Assembly: GCF_006345805.1 (NCBI RefSeq)
Contig: NC_043015.1
Location: forward strand, 45,942,001 to 46,006,000
Direction of reading: 5' to 3'
Length of the DNA stretch: 64,000 bases
DNA from: Octopus sinensis
Lineage: Eukaryota
The notes under the pieces are model-generated. The model was not told where the DNA came from. It saw nothing but the letters and a program-made list of their open reading frames with translations, and made no database searches. Of the stretch, positions 62,676 to 64,000 are shown piece by piece. Within the stretch, counting starts at the first letter, position 1. Each line of letters opens with the position of its first letter. Position numbers and translations under genes: made by a program.

Positions 62676-64000
62676 ACTGTGTTTCTAATCCAACCACAGG
62701 TTTGCTTGCATGCTAAAAACATGATTGTTCTTTCCTTTTTTTTTTCTTTCCTTTTTTTTTTTTTCCTTCAATTAAACCTAATTAATCGGGTAACATTCAG
62801 TAATCAATCACTTCAGGTGTAGTATTGAGGGTTTTAAATCATTTTGAAACCAATTCCAGGTTAATAATAATAGTTCTTATAAGGGTCTTTTTTTTTTTTT
62901 TGTTTCACCCCTCCCCAAAGGGTTTTAATTTGATGTTAGATTTTTCTCATACAATAAAATTGTCTGGTTTTCTTTGTCATTTTATAATGAAAAATTTAAT
63001 TAGGGTTTCTTTAAGCTTAATATTTCAAAAATTTCCCTTGGATGGTTTTTGTTATAAATATGTACTGACAGTAATGGTCAAAGAATCTGCCATAAACAGT
63101 GACTGAATTTGAAAAAATTACTGTATAAAACATCTTAAAGTTATTTTTAAGACATAAGCAAGAAAACTTGAAGTTTTCATTAGTAAAGCTAAGAGTGAAT
63201 TATTTTAAATTTAGATGAGCGAAAACTGATGGTTAGAGTAATCGCAAAATTGCCATTTTGCAACAGAATTTTGTTGTTTTCCTCATTAACAAGTTGTGGA
63301 AATGTGAAAATAAATGCTCTACATCAGTATTGAAATCCATTTGATTTGTATAGCTGAGTTGAATAGTTGTCGGATCACGTGGTTTCATGTGTTGCTGTGA
63401 AGATGATTTTAGGATTAACCCAATGAGAGCATCTCCCAGTAAGATACTGATGTAGATAGGTACGGGTATAATTGTGTAGTCAAGCAGTCTGCTTCCTACT
63501 GACGTGGTTTGGGTTCAGAACCATTATGCAGTACCTGGGCAAGTGTCTTCCATTATAGCCCTAGGATAATCAGATCTTTGTAGATTTTGATAAATGGAAA
63601 TTAAGAGAAGCCTTATGTGTGTGTGTGAGTGGAGTTCTTGGCATCAGGCAATAGATATGAGTGTCACTGTCATGTAAGCAGTGTCCTTGGTTTCTAATCT
63701 GACATGGACATATGTCAGGCCCCATGGGAAAATATTACATTGCTTGGAAACTACCAAAGGTCTTGATCCAAGGACCACCGCCTGAGAAAATCTGCCTCAA
63801 TGAATTTTGTCTAACTCATGCAAGCATGGAAAAGTGGACATTAAAATGATTTTATATAAAATGGTAGCTACTTGCTACCAGGACGAATAAATGGGTGCTT
63901 AACAAGTTTAATGATTAATATTTAATTCTTAAGGGGGTGAGCTGGCAGAACTGTTACCTGTGCCAGGTGAAATGCTTAGCGGCATTTTGCCCAATCTTCA

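Overview
AT-rich, microsatellite- and SINE/MITE-dense animal genomic DNA. The repeat landscape looks like Octopus; this is recognition from memory, not a database result. The window holds the middle of one + strand gene, a STAR-family RNA-binding protein of the quaking (QKI)/held-out-wings type. Four exon positions with canonical AG/GT sites rebuild the end of QUA1, the KH domain and QUA2: 35610-35743, 46888-47004, 54242-54385 and the QUA2 exon. The first coding exon and the C-terminal exons were not found and probably lie outside the window. Main result: the QUA2 exon is present twice in tandem (A 61719-61815, B 61901-62015, 85 nt apart). Both copies are phase 0 to phase 1, share 21/24 core residues, and differ at many synonymous sites. 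Including both gives an immediate stop, so they look like an old pair of mutually exclusive exons that swaps part of the RNA-binding surface. Copy A reads like vertebrate QKI (KKMQ..AIL) and copy B like insect HOW (KKRQ..AII). A bipartite quaking response element overlaps A's likely branch point, and an RBFOX UGCAUG sits between A and B. Other candidates are an 18-nt frame-preserving microexon at 29067-29084, a tandem 5' splice site in the KH exon and short alternative last exons. The remaining sequence is intronic: several SINE families, TTAA-flanked piggyBac-type MITEs (some nested), hAT MITEs, MITEs with 8-9 bp target duplications, non-autonomous Helitrons, LINE remnants and simple repeats.
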